A DNA stretch of 64,000 nucleotides from NCBI GenBank assembly GCA_951406725.2, contig OX597816.1:90334001-90398000 (forward strand), written 5' to 3'. A model generated the notes under the pieces. It was not told the DNA's origin and ran no database searches. It saw only the letters and a program-made list of their open reading frames with translations. This DNA is from Octopus vulgaris (Eukaryota). Positions 37,449 to 50,445 of this stretch are shown piece after piece. Made by a program: the position numbers and the translations under genes. Every line of letters begins with the position of its first letter. The first letter of the stretch is position 1.

Positions 37449-38014
37449 GTAATTTTTATTTTCCTTTTTTTAAAAAAGTTGTCATTGTTATTCTTTCATC
37501 CCAGTCAGCTCTGACGGAGCAGATCCATGATAAAAAGCCGTATATCTAGGACTATGTGCTCCAATGCGTCCTTGTATGAGAGCTTGACTTGTATGTCTAC
37601 CAGTTTGAGTTCGTATTTTATATTTTACTGTATTTGATTACGAAATTTTGAATTATTAATTTAGTAAAAAAAAACAAAAAAAACGACCACTTGTATGACA
37701 CCGTAAAATGTTTATTAATTGAGGTAATGAAAAGTTGTAACAATCCGATAAAATCATTTCAAAAGTAATCACAACATAAATAAATAACTACTATTTAACT
37801 ATAGTTGAGATTATTGGGCATGGTTGATGAGCATATTCAAAACAAAAGAGACCATTGTTGTAGAAACAGAAAAGGAAGAGAGAAAAATTATGAACAGCAC
37901 ATCGGTACAATGTCATTTTCAAGCATGAATGACAGCTTGGGTTCGTCACGGGCTAGCGCTCTAAAGCTAAACTGTATATAGTGTGGTGGTTTGCTGTCAA
38001 TAAATAAATACTGT

Positions 38015-38757
38015 AAGGCGGCGAGCTGGCAGAAACGTTAGCACGTCGGGCGAAATGCGTAGCCGTATTTCGTCTGCTGTTACGTCTGAGTTCAAATTCC
38101 GCCAAGGTCGACTTTGCCTTTCATCCTTTCGAGATCGATTAAATAAGTACCAGTTACGCACTGGGGTCGATATAATCGACTTAATCCGTTTGTCCTCTCT
38201 GTGTTTAGCCCCTTGTGGGTAGTAAAGAAATAGGTATTTCGTCCTGAGTTCAAATTCCGCTGAGGTCGAATTTGCCTTTCATCCTTTTGGGGTCGATAAA
38301 TTACACACTGGGTCGATGTAACCGACTTAATCCGTTTGTCTGTCCCCTCTGTGTTTAGCCCAAAGAAATAGGTATTTCGTCTACTGCTACGTTCTGAGTT
38401 CAAATTCCGCCGAGGTCGACTTTGCCTTTCATCCTTTTGGGGTCGATAAATTAAGTACCAGTTACACACTGGGGTCGATGTAATCGACTTAATCCGTTTG
38501 TCTGTCCTTGTTTGTCCCCTTTGTGTGTAGCCCCTTGTGGGCAGTAAAGAAATAAGAAAGGTTTGCACGCTGGGTGAAATGTTTAGCTGTATTTCGTCTA
38601 TCTTTATGTTCTGAGTTCAAATTCCTCCGAAGTCAACTTTGTCTTTCATCCTTTTGGAGTCGATAAATTAAGTACTAGTTGCGTACTGGGTCGATGTAAT
38701 TGACTGGCCCCCCTCTTCCAAAATTCCGGGCCTTGTGCCTAGAATAGAAAAGAATAA
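38015..38757 (+). repeat. Tandem array of four SINE units with a conserved central domain
   Basis: Repeated CTGAGTTCAAATTCCGCCGAGGTCGACTTTGCCTTTCATCCTTT.GGGGTCGATAAATTAAGTACCAG. Single copies at ~9385-9520, 12200-12420, 39980-40215, 51810-52020, 53233-53390, 56780-56960. Confidence 0.8.
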
Positions 38758-39532
38758 ATACTGTAGGCCTCAGGGTTAATATATAGTTTAACTCCAAGTC
38801 ACCAAAACCGGCCCCCACTCCCCCAAAAACAGGTGTAAAAGAATGTGTAGAAAACGAATATGAAAACAAAAATTTGTGCAAATGAACGGGATGTGGAGAG
38901 GACTTCAGAAAATTCACAAGATCCAATTTTTCCTCATAACTTTCAGGAAAATGTTGTTCTGTCCAGAGTCCTCTATTCTTAAAAAACTCAACGTAGTTAT
39001 GATGTAAGCAAGTGCTAAAACCCCTCATAACTTTTTTTTATTTTTACGAATTTTCACAATTTTTCTCAAAACTGAAAGTCTTGCCATACACTTCCAACCA
39101 CAATCCTAGCAACAACGAGGTCTGTAACAAATCATATCAGCTCTAAAATATTCTTTGAATGCATACCATCATAATGGTGGCATATGTTTAGAAAAATTGG
39201 GGGTCCTTTTTAAACATGGTCCACTGTTCCTCTGCATCTGAAAACTTAATTTATACAATATGCTCGGAATATGGATAAAAATCGTGTAGGACAAACCAGG
39301 ATATTCTTAAGCTGATGCATATCTCCACATAGATCACAAATTTAAATACTAAAATACAAGTAGAAATCAGTGAACATATAGGCACATATGCTAGTATAAA
39401 CAACCAAATTTTACCATCTTTCCCTTATAATCAATTTGCTGATGGTACATCAAAACGAAAATGCATCAGTAAAGAAACCATGATTGTAACAAAATATTAC
39501 TTAACCACATGAAAAAGGTTACAACTGTTATT

Positions 39533-39572
39533 AGTACTATTACTATTACTGCTGCTGCTGCTGCTGCTGCTG

Positions 39573-39606
<34 letters not shown>

Positions 39607-39620
39607 CACCACCACCATCT
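39533..39620 (+). repeat. Compound trinucleotide microsatellite (ACT/GCT/ACC)
   Basis: Seen directly; produces the spurious poly-A/T/V ORFs. Confidence 0.9.
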
Positions 39621-39875
39621 CAGCTACTGCTTCTACAACAACTGCTTTCATAGTCTTGACTCCTACTCATAATACTGAAAGAGGAGAACACACTACACCA
39701 ACGGTTTCTACCATTTCCACCACCACTACTACAATTGCTAAAGCTGCTACTAATGGTTTTATTCATGAGGCTGATACTATATTGACCACTATCATTGCTG
39801 TTGCTTGGCAAAAGAAATTGATAGAATAAGTACCATCATCATGCAAATTCTTCCACCATTATGAAGCATTCCTAA

Positions 39876-41580
39876 TACACGTATACATTATCTGGAAATC
39901 TAAAATCTGGAAAACCCCAAATTTTTTTGTGGAGGGTGGAGCTCGTCATAACAGATTTGCAAACAACTGACCACCATTACTTATTTCTTTATTGCCCACA
40001 AGGAGATAAACAAAGAGGGGATAAACAAGGACAGACAAAGGGATTAAGTCGATTACATTGACCCCAGTGCGTAACTGGTACTTAATTTATTGACCCTGAA
40101 AGGATGAAAGGCAAAGTTGACCTTGGCAGAATTTGAACTCAGAACATAATGGCAGATGAAATACCGCTAAGCATTTCGCTCGGTGTGCTAATGTTTCTGC
40201 CAGCTCGCCACCTTAGCTGACCACCGTTACTGACTCACTCAAGTATGATGTGGCAACGCTTGGCAGGCTGGGCGCCACTTACTGCCAAGTTTAACACATT
40301 GAGAGAAGATGTCCATTTGCTATTTGCTGTCTTCGTGTTGTTTCTTGTGTCTTTGTATATAATTTACCCTGAAAATGTCAAAAAGAACTGCAGATACCTC
40401 AATGAATAACAGTGAGAAAAAGAAAAGGAAACATTTAGCATTATCAGTAATGCAGAAAGTGGTGTTACTACAGAAATTTGATTCATGGTGTGTCTGTGTT
40501 GCAGCTCACTGAAGAATATGGTGTTGGAGCTAGTATTGTGTATGACTTAAGAAACAGAAAGACAAATTACTGAAGTTTTATAGTGAGAATAGCGATCACA
40601 AACTAATGAAAAATTAGGAAAACACTGCATAAGGCAAAAATGAAGATCTTGACTGTGTGATGATAGGATGGATTTAACAACAAAGAAGGAAACATATACA
40701 ACTGAATAGTTTGTTGGTCATGAAACAAGCTTGACTATATCATAAAGAATTGAACATTGAAGGAGAGTGTCCATATTCAGAAAGTTGACTGCAGAAATTT
40801 AAGAAGCATCATGGTGTAAAATATCTGAAAATCTTCTGAATATGAAGCTGTGGAATTTTCCATGATTGTATCTGATGAAAACCTTTCTCCTGAAAAAATT
40901 TACAATGCTGTTGAAGCAGCTTTGTACTAGCACTACATTCCAAGAAAAACCTTAACAATGACAGATGAGACAGCACCAGCAGGTTTTAAGGATGTTCAGA
41001 AGAGATTAACTATTCTTGGATGTGTTAATGCAGCAAGCACACACAAGGTGAAGTTGGAAGTGATTGGAAATAGCCAATGTCCGAGGTGTCTGAAAGGCAT
41101 TGTTAATTTACCTGTGCATTATTATGTAAACAAGAAAGCATGAGTAACCTAAGAAATATTTTCTGACTGGTTCAATAATCACTTTGTACCAGCTTCATGA
41201 ATGAGCTCACTGCAGGCAAGCTAGACTGGAAGAAAACTAAAATTCTATTTCCTCTTGCTGGACTTCTAGTGAAAAATTAATGTTTATGGCATTTACTTGC
41301 CTCCCAATGTGATATCTATTTTACAGCCTTGTGACCAAAGAATTTTAAGAATGACTGTAAAAATAATTTTAGAAGCTGTGAGCTTGATGCAGTCAGTAAA
41401 GTAGTAAAAATTCGAGATTACCTGAAAAAGTTCACTGTTAAGGTACCATCTATTCAATTGCGAATGCTTGGAATAATGTTGATAAATCAACAGTAACTAA
41501 TGCTTGGCACAGAATTTGGCCAATAATGATGTTTGATGAAACTGACCCTATAGATAACGAGTTAGGAGGATTTTGTGTCA
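39876..41580 (+). mobile_element. Decayed pogo/Tigger DNA transposon (Tigger4/Zombi-like) with nested SINE
   Basis: ATG 40375 MSKRTADTSMNNSEKKKRKHLALSVMQKV; CENP-B-type HTH; IYNA.E..L; RLTILGCVNAASTHK; ILQPCDQ; many stops. Confidence 0.85.
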
Positions 41581-41599
41581 CCTTACACTAAAAGTTTAT

Positions 41600-43560
41600 T
41601 GGGCAGAAGTGTGAGAAGCCAGCACTAAAGAAATGCTAAACATTGTATAGACTTTGTGGCCTGCCAACATGTGAGCATCCAACGTAAAGTTGACCATGGG
41701 AGAACACTTGCTCTGTCAGATTTAAACCAACCATTTGCAATGATTGACCCTGTGCCTTATTTATTGTCATTGCAAAGCAGAGTTTGATAGGAAGTTGAAG
41801 CCGCTTAAACTTGTAGATTGCATTGGAGGGAGTGAGGGACATTGGAGTTATAAGAACATCTTGACCAGCAGCTGGTCCATACAAGATGGTTGTCTGCAGA
41901 AGTCGGGAGTATAATTTTTTGATTATCATCTGCGTGCCATTACACATTGGAGCATTCAAATTCTGCAGCAGTATGATGGGTACGCCAACCTTAAGATGGA
42001 GTTCATGAGGCAAAAGTCCTGCGAGCGTTTGGAAATTAAGGAATTCTGTTGTGAAAATGGTTGTATCATCCAGGTTTTCATGCATGTCAATGGACTTGAA
42101 GGAGAGTTTTTTCCAGGAAGCAGATTGAGAAGTTTATTATTGATAGCGTCGACTGTTTTATTGTGAGGCACCAAAATTGCTCTTCCTTGCAGCCAAGTTG
42201 TGTCAAGGCTTTGGTTTGCAATGTCAGGAAAAATGGAAGAAATCAAATCATCCATGGTAGGCACAAAGTTACCAAATGGTAAATGGATGAAACCATCAGT
42301 ATCGCCATCTGCAGTTCCATTACCAACATCAAGAAGCTGTGCTGTGTATATGGCTGTGTTTTCATCACCATGCATGTGAACTCTCCTGTTCATAGTCAGG
42401 TGAAGTTTCTTGATGAGCTGCCATAAGTAGGATAATTTTATGGAAGCATTTACCTCATTAGCTCTTGACCTCCGTGGAATGACAGGTAGAGTTTGTCGGA
42501 AGTCGCCAGCAAGCAGAACAGTCACTCCACCTATCACCCTGAATTTCTGTTGCACCGTTGCATAACTTCTGTGTTTGAACAACCCATGAAGAAAATCTGT
42601 AAGAACTTGGGTTCCTTGGTAGGCTGAGGACAAAGACTGCCTATGCAATGATAACATTGACCTTGAATCTTGAAGGTATAATGTTTCTCCTTCTTCTTGT
42701 TTGCAGGATTAACCGCTAAAATTGCCGTCAATATTGATGTTGTTGATATTATGTTTGCCGTGGACATTCTTTATGCCAGAAAAGGTCATAGCGAAGCAGG
42801 AGTTATACCTCCAAATGCCTTTTTGGAATTTCTTGGCATGGTCGGGGCTGTCGAGGAGAAGATTTTTCAGAACTTCAGGTAGATCTGCGAGTGGCTGAAG
42901 TCGAACCTTGCTTCCGGAACAACAATGACCAGCTGCCTCACCTGCTCACTTCTTAGCTTGACAAAATTGTCATTCCCTGTCCATTTTACCAAGAGTCACG
43001 TCCAGGTGATTGGAGAAATCATCTGCAGGACTGTATCTAAAGCCAGCTCTCATTCAAAATGCGCCCCTTGCAGCAGCAACATTTCTTTGATGTCGACCTG
43101 CCAACCTGTTTTCCCTACCCTCCAATAATTCCTCAAGACTCAATTGCTGGCGTCAACTATGCTGGGCAGCAAGGTGGACCTCTCTTGCTTCAACAGGCTC
43201 CTCAAGGATTACGACTACGCCGGGTGGCAAGACGAGCCTGCCTTGCTTCTTCTGACTTCTCAAGGAGTGAGCACTGATTTCAAATACGCAGGGAAGCAAG
43301 ATGGGCCTGCCTTGCTTCAACAGGCTCCTCGAGTAGTGAGCATTGATCACAACTACGCTGGGCAGCAAGACGGGCCTGCCTTGCTTCAACAGGCTCCTCA
43401 AGTAGTGAGCGTTGATCATGACTATGCTGGGTAGCAAGACGGGCTGCCTTGCTTCTGCTGACTCCTCAAGCAGTGAGCATTGATCACAACTACACTGGGC
43501 AGCAAGACGGGCCTCTCTTGCTTCTGGTGTTTCCTGAAGGGAGTAGTAGAGCACATATGA
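41600..43560 (-). mobile_element. Internally deleted Helitron RepHel (STPR-like repeats, Rep N-terminus, PIF1 helicase C-half)
   Basis: ETPEAREARL repeats; zinc-finger remnant FCQAKK..GE..GHCCSG.KV; FKIQGQCYHCIGSL; GDFRQTLPV; AMTINKAQGQSL; VFSHGQLYV. Confidence 0.88.
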
Positions 43561-45478
43561 AAGTGCAATATTTAAATGGGATACACGAGAATGTGTGGAA
43601 GCAAAAGCGAAATGATATGAATGTTGAAAAATGTACCTGTGAATGCAACTCCCTTTCTCGCTGTTTTAGGAGGACATTCCTTTTAGAACAGAGTATTGAT
43701 CGTTTTGATTAGGCATTATCTGTAAAGATAGTTTTTACTGAGCCAAACGTCATGAGATTTTTTTAAAAAAGCACGTACTAAGTTTAGCGAAAGTATAGTT
43801 TTTTGGAACTTGAACCCATCTCTGAATGTAAAACGTTAAGGCTTTTGAACGAAGTATTAATCTTTATCTGTTATTATAGGTCAAAATGTATAACGATAAA
43901 TAAGAAAAAAATAATCAAATGTTTCAAAAAAACCATGCAACTTTGAAGGACACTATCAGTAAATTGATTAGAAATAACAATAGTGAATAACCAGAAAATA
44001 AAGCTGTAAACATTTATGGGAAAATTATATTTAAGAAGTAAAGCAGAATGTACTGTCAAACTTCTGCAAATTAATAGCAGACGTATCCAATTTAAGAAAA
44101 GTGAAGATAAAAGCTAAGCCGAGAAGTATCGAATAAATCATTCTTATACGCTTACAAAAATTTAGAGAACAAAATTTTACTCAAGTGAAAATACTGCTAA
44201 ACAACACATCTGCCTAATTAGAGAATCGATAAGAATTAGTCAATCTGCCAATTAGAAAAAGTTAATGCCAGGTGTTATTATAATTTGGCCAGCACACTGG
44301 CGTATTTTTCAACCAATTTTAAATGCCTGATATTGGGAGCAAGCAACGTTTTTGCCCAGGTGGCAATTATATTAAAAAATATGTTAACACAGCTGGCCAA
44401 AATGAAAAGTAATTTCACGTATTGTTAAGTTAAGCAAATAAAATCAGAAATTATTGAAAGTGAATGCAGGATTGGTTTGGCATTCGTTAATCTATTGATG
44501 TAATAGTAGTTTGAATTAAAGTCAGGTTTTTTACCATGTACATCAAACAATCACTAGCTTGTGTCATCAATATACGTATAGATAAGTAAAGTCAACACAG
44601 TCACCCGAAAAAGACTATTCTTGCCCAAAAAGCGACAAAAAAACAGTTACTTTTTAAACAGCATTGTGAGAATTTTTGGTGAAAAGATTGGTTTCATTTG
44701 GTTTGTCCTGCTGATGTAGTTGATGAATCTGCTCCAGTGCGATGAAAATGTATGAATGTAACTCAAAAATGGCTCTAAAAACCTTTTTATTATATATGAC
44801 TTTAGTCAATGTAGAACATAAATAGTTGCATAAATATTTTTCATTATTTTTCTCACATTGATTTTAGTCTACAATTCGTATAAGCTCAAAAATGCATACG
44901 AGCTTACTGGTATTCGAACCTCAGATCAAGCAATTTCAACTTGTGCAGGCTAAGTGACTTAATAAGTATCAAACATACATGTAACCTTGAAATAGAAATC
45001 GATTGACACCTTTTGACCTTGCAGCTTGCATACATTGCTAACTTCTCATTGCATGTGAATTGATAAATCCTTCTGTACTTTTATGCTCAGCTTTGCATAA
45101 AATAGTAAAAAAAAATTGAACCCTAATTTTTTCTTCCCTTTGTACTGAAATTTTTGAAAAGCGAACCCTCCCCACTATATGTAGAAAAAATCGCTCTATT
45201 TCATAGAACTCGTTTGATCAGAATTGCTCAAAGCATGGCTGAATGGCAGGTGCAATCACCTTTGAATGGGGATTTCCATTAAAAAAAGGTTTAATAAATT
45301 TTCTCAGTAACTATGGGGGCTAGGAAAAAACATACATATGGCAGCACAATCTATGGACCCATCTCCACCTGTGTGCCATTTTTCATGCAAATCCACCCAG
45401 CTGTTTGGCTGTGAACCTCAAGACAAGAAAGAAAGAATACAAGAATATAATGATCACCCATGTCCAATTTATATAATA

Positions 45479-45530
<52 letters not shown>

Positions 45531-45967
45531 TATATATATGTATATATACACACACACACATATACATATGCATATACAAATACACACACACACACACACA
45601 CATATATTCATATATATATCATATTTCTTTGCTGTCTTGAACTGCAAAGTTTGTTACCATATTGTTCAGTACCATATTGTCCTGAAATCATCGTTTTACA
45701 TGCCAATGAATAAAATAATTGTCATATGTATATTGGATTGCCATGCAGTTGAAAAGTGAACAATGAGCATACCAGTACCATATGTGTGTGTGTGTTTGTG
45801 TTTCTTGTCTGATGCATTGTGGATGTGTGGTAAGAAGTTTACTTCCCAACCACATGGTTTTGGGTTCAGTCCCACTGTGTGGCACCTTAGGCAAGTGTTT
45901 TCTTCTATAGTGCTGGGTTATTCAGAGCCTTGTGAGTGGATTTGCAAGAGAAAATGAATGAAGCCTG

Positions 45968-46017
<50 letters not shown>

Positions 46018-46496
46018 ATGCATGTATGTATGTACATATATTTATGTGTGTGTGTGTATATTTGTGTCTCCTTGTTTTGACATTGTGTGATTGTTGTAAA
46101 TGAATGTCCTTCATTTCCAGTATCCTGCATAAACATGTCTGGCCATGGGAAAATATTGCTTTGCATGGTAACAGGGTTTGGTGATAGGAAGGGCATCCAG
46201 CCAGAGAAAAAGCTGCCCCAATAAAATTTTGTTTGACTCATGTAAATGTGGAAAAGTGGATGCTAAAGTGATGATGATAAGGATGTTATATGATTCAGAG
46301 ATATAACTTAACCTCTTCATGAAAAAGTTGATGTTCAGTCTCTGGTCAGTGCACATCAAAGACATTCTAGCTATGACCATTCCATCATATTCAAATAATG
46401 TATCACCATTATCCAACATGTCTTTTCACTTCAAAGTGAGTGAAGTGTGGTTAGAGGGATATTTAGCTGCTATTTTTAACAGCTTGATTGACAACA

Positions 46497-46724
46497 TACG
46501 ATGGGGTGCTGAAAAGTTCCTAGCTTTGAGTAAAAGAAAATACAGGAGGATCAGTTAATTATGATTTTATTAAACATATTCCCTTCTCAGATTCACACAC
46601 TTATTGCAGTGATCTTTCAGTTTTTTTAAGCCCTGTAAAAGAACTCAGAAGGTTGGGAATCCACCAAAACCTTTTTGCAATGCCCTTAAAGCCAAGAATT
46701 TTTCAGTACCACCACTCCTCCATA
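46497..46724. mobile_element. Mariner-like MITE upstream of ACOX1 exon 2
   Basis: TA-CGATGGGGTGCTGAAAAGTTCCTAGCTT ... AAGCCAAGAATTTTTCAGTACCACC imperfect TIRs. Confidence 0.55.
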
Positions 46725-46904
46725 TATGCCTCTCTTCGATAAGGCCAATTTGATTGAAAGTACAAATATTTGAAATTGCAAAGAGAATCATACCTGTTTC
46801 TTTTTTTTTTGACTGATATAGATTTATTTTTATGCCCAAGTGTTTAATAATGTTACAATATGAATTTATAAATTTTAATCTTAAAACATTTTATTTTACA
46901 TCAG

Positions 46905-47058
46905 TTGCATCACTGGAAAATGACACAAATCTTCAAGATGAGAATTTATCAGACTTTTTATCACAAGAGGAGAAAATTGATTTTGCAATAAAGAAAACTA
47001 TATATCTCTTCAGAAAACTTGGAACGAATGAGAGAGAATATTTCATGTTTTTATTTCA
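46905..47058 (+). CDS. ACOX1: ACOX1-like exon 2 (ASLENDTNLQDENLSDFLSQEEKIDFAIKK...)
   Basis: catcAG acceptor, GTAAGT donor; phases fit exons 1 and 3; FLS.EE....A.KK motif. Confidence 0.85.
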
Positions 47059-47874
47059 GTAAGTTATAACTTTGAAAAGATTCTTAAACATTTATTTTTA
47101 ACTTTTTGGCAGTAACCTTGTCCTGTCCAAAGTAATGTTTTTTTATTCACATGTTTTGAATTAATCTTGCCTTATCTTGTAGCTTTTGAGATTTTGATGA
47201 GGTAACCATTAATTTTTAGAGGGGTATTCTGGGTGCTCTTCCTGTCACTAACCTTTATCTGTTTTTCAAGTAAGAAATCTCTTATTTTACTTGCCTTTGA
47301 AGACACAAAATGGGCAGACAATTTGTTAACAGCAAAAATGACACCAGCACTACCTTGTAGCTCATGAGTTTCTGAGAAGAGCAAAAGTAAACCAACACAC
47401 AAATACATGCCTACATGCATGCATATAGATATAAACATGCATGCACACACATACATACCACATGTACTTATATACATACTACTACTACCAACCCTCCAAC
47501 TTTTGAATAATGAGCCCATGGAATTATAGTATCAGCTTGCTAATGTCTGTAGCTTCATATGTTGTATGTCAATACAGCAATATGTACTTGTGAGTTGTGT
47601 TTGAAGTTTTTATAGTTTTTATAGCTTGACAGGTGCAAAGGGCAAAGTGCCCATGAAACTAGTAACCTTTCAACTAACTATAATCATACAATACATCTTC
47701 ACCATTTCATCTTTTCATTTCCATTCTTGCATCCATTGCACACACACACACACTCTCTCTCTCTCAAGTAAAATCAACACCAAAACAGTTCTTTCCTGAT
47801 GCTGTAGTTTTGTTACATATTTGTTGTGGACAATTGTTGATCACCATCTCTGTTGGATTTACTTCCAATTCAAA

Positions 47875-48760
47875 ATGTCTGGAAAGAAGCCATCAAGTTC
47901 AACATCTACAGCGGTAACAATACATGACAACAGAAAGAAAATTAATTTAAGTTCTCAAAGGATCTACTCCATTAACTGCTTGAAACTTATTTTTTCATAG
48001 ACCTAATGTAATGTTAACAATGAAACAGATTCAACATAATGTGTTATGAGCACATTAGTAATTGGAAAAACAAAAACAAAAAAAAAAAGCCAAAACTTTG
48101 TGTAACAATTTGCAAAAATAAGAAGGTGAAACTTTTAATATAAGACCTTCTGGCTAGTAAAGAGTAGTATGATATATTTAAGAAAAGCTTGAATTTGCTC
48201 AATGTAAAAATGATTGGTAAAGTTGTCAGTTGCTACAAATTATCCTGAGCAGCTGAAAAAATAACTAAAGGAGGGTACATGTTAGGGCATGTATACAATG
48301 TTGATGAAACTACACTTTTCTAGAAGTTTATACTTCATAAAACCTTTATTTCTTGAAGTAAAATAAACACCAAAGTTTAAAGCCTCCAAAAATCATTCAA
48401 CACATTTAGGAAGAAATACTGCTGGTAATATGAAATTAAGGCTTCTTAACTCTTGTATCACTCAGAAAATCCTAGAGCTTCAAGGGCTACACAAAGTGTA
48501 ATTTATCTCTGATTTGGTGTCCAAATAAGAAGACATGGATGACTAAGGGCCTTTTCAAAGAGTGGTTTCCAAACATTTTTTTGTGCTGCTGTAGAAAGAT
48601 ATAGTGCCTGACAAGATATTTCCAACAGTGTATCAAGCCACCCAATTCACTTAAATGAGCTTTCTGTTATTGTGAGAGTAGAATATGCCTGCTCCAGCCA
48701 GTGGATGTAGGTGTGATAGCTAACTTGAAAGCATATTATCTGAGAAGAATTTTCTAAAAA
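47875..48760 (+). mobile_element. Highly decayed Tigger1/TIGD-like transposase remnant
   Basis: YNVDETTLF, HSENPRA, WCPNKKTWMT..LF.EWF, LLQPVDVGVIANLKAYYLRR in broken frames. Confidence 0.7.
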
Positions 48761-49289
48761 CTTATGCCCAGTGGTTATTACTTATAGAGAAAAGTCAGCA
48801 AGTTTTTTCTCATAATCACCCTAATCATGAACATAGCATAAAAATTACAAGTGGAGTTTACAATGAGCTCTGTATGTTTGTGCCTCCTTGTCCTGACATA
48901 ATAGTTGTAAAATGGTTGTCACTGTCATTCATTTTCAACATTCTGTAAAAAATGTCTGTATATTTCATGTATGTGGTGACTGAAAAAGTTATTTCACTCC
49001 CAAATCTTTCATATAGCAACAATTTATTGTTTATATTCAATTTTGAGTTCTTAAATAACAACTTTTGAGAAGTGGGTTGTAAACTGAATCAACTCCAATA
49101 TAATATCAATACTTAATTTATTGTGTCAACAAATTAAAGGATTAGACTAATCCTTCTATAATTTTAACTAACTGTCTACTAAAATATAGTAATATTGTAA
49201 AAACTCACAGGCATTTTCTCTGTCTTTCTTATAATCAGTTTTATAAAGTAGCTAATTTAATGTGTTAGAATTTTACATTTTTATTTATA

Positions 49290-49660
49290 TAGGCGTAGGA
49301 GTGGCTGTGTGGTAAGTAGCTTGCTTATGAACCACAATGTTCCGGGTTCAATCCCACTGCGTGGCATCTTGAGCAAGTGTCTTCTATAATAGCCTCGGGC
49401 CGACCAAAGCCTTGTGAGTGGATTTGGTAGACGGAAACTGAAAGAAGCCCGTTGTATATATCTATATCTACATATATATGTGTGTGTGTGTATGTTAATG
49501 TGTCTGTGTTTGTCCCCCCAACATCGCTTAACAACTGATGCTGGTGTGTTTATGTCCCCGTAACTTAGTGGTTCGGCAAAAGAGACCAATAGAATAAGTC
49601 CAAAGGCGGTGCTCCAGCATGGCCACAGTCAAATGACTGAAACAAGTAAAAGAGTAAAAG
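49290..49660 (+). mobile_element. tRNA-derived SINE, near full length
   Basis: GGAGTGGCTGTGTGGTAAG (A box), GGTTCAATCCC (B box), internal TA/TG tract, (AAGAGTA)n tail. Confidence 0.8.
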
Positions 49661-49762
49661 AGTAAAGAGAGAGAGAGAGAGTTTGTATCTTAGAGAACAT
49701 CTGCTATATAAAATTGAAAGGTTGCAATTAATTTGAATATTTTTCTTGTTTTCTACTTCCAG

Positions 49763-49923
49763 AAACTTCTATCCTTCCCAGCAGCTAGGTTTCCCTCTTC
49801 ACTTTGCTATGTTTGCTTCAACATTAAAACTTTTATGTAATCCTGAACAGGCTAACTACTGGCTACCAAAAGCATTCAACTTAGAGATAGTTGGATCTTA
49901 TGCTCAAACTGAATTGGGACATG
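49763..49923 (+). CDS. ACOX1: ACOX1-like exon 3 (NFYPSQQLGFPLHFAMF...GSYAQTELGH)
   Basis: ttccAG acceptor, GTGAGT donor; 161 nt; YAQTELGHG signature. Confidence 0.95.
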
Positions 49924-49984
49924 GTGAGTTTGAATTCTGGGTTAAAAACAGCATGTATGCATGTATGCGCACATGCACGCACAA

Positions 49985-50036
<52 letters not shown>

Positions 50037-50445
50037 ACACACACACATGATGGGCTTCCTTTCAGTTTCTGCCTACCAAATACATTCACAAGGCTTTGGT
50101 TGGTACAGGGCTTTAGTAAAAGACACTTTCCCAAGGTACTATGAATCACAATTGAACCTAAAACCACACGGTTGGGAAGTAAACTTCTTAATTATACAGC
50201 CATGCCTATATCTGTAACATGATATAACTTAAAGCCCTAGGGCCTGAGAAATTGCTAACATATTTATATTTGAATAATATAACAATAAGTTCTATATTTA
50301 TGTAGTTCTATATTTGTGTGTGTTTGTGTGTGTATGTGTGAGTGTGTGTGTGTGTGTGTGTGTTATTCTTCTGACTTAGTGTCTGAAGAATAGAAAGAAC
50401 AACTGATTATGTATATTGCAGAACATATTTTTCTTATTGAAACAG

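Noticed and set aside
39466-39829. Poly-Ala/Thr mucin-like ORFs
   Set aside because: Trinucleotide microsatellite in an intron, with no splice or homology support.
41636-42657. Host PIF1 helicase gene
   Set aside because: Intronless, frameshifted, lacks Walker A and is linked to Helitron Rep motifs.
49290-49365. Functional tRNA gene
   Set aside because: A/B boxes are present but there is no cloverleaf; it is the head of a multi-copy SINE.
47059-50445. Second, mutually exclusive ACOX1 exon 3 as in vertebrates
   Set aside because: Only one YAQTE-containing 161-nt exon was found by eye.
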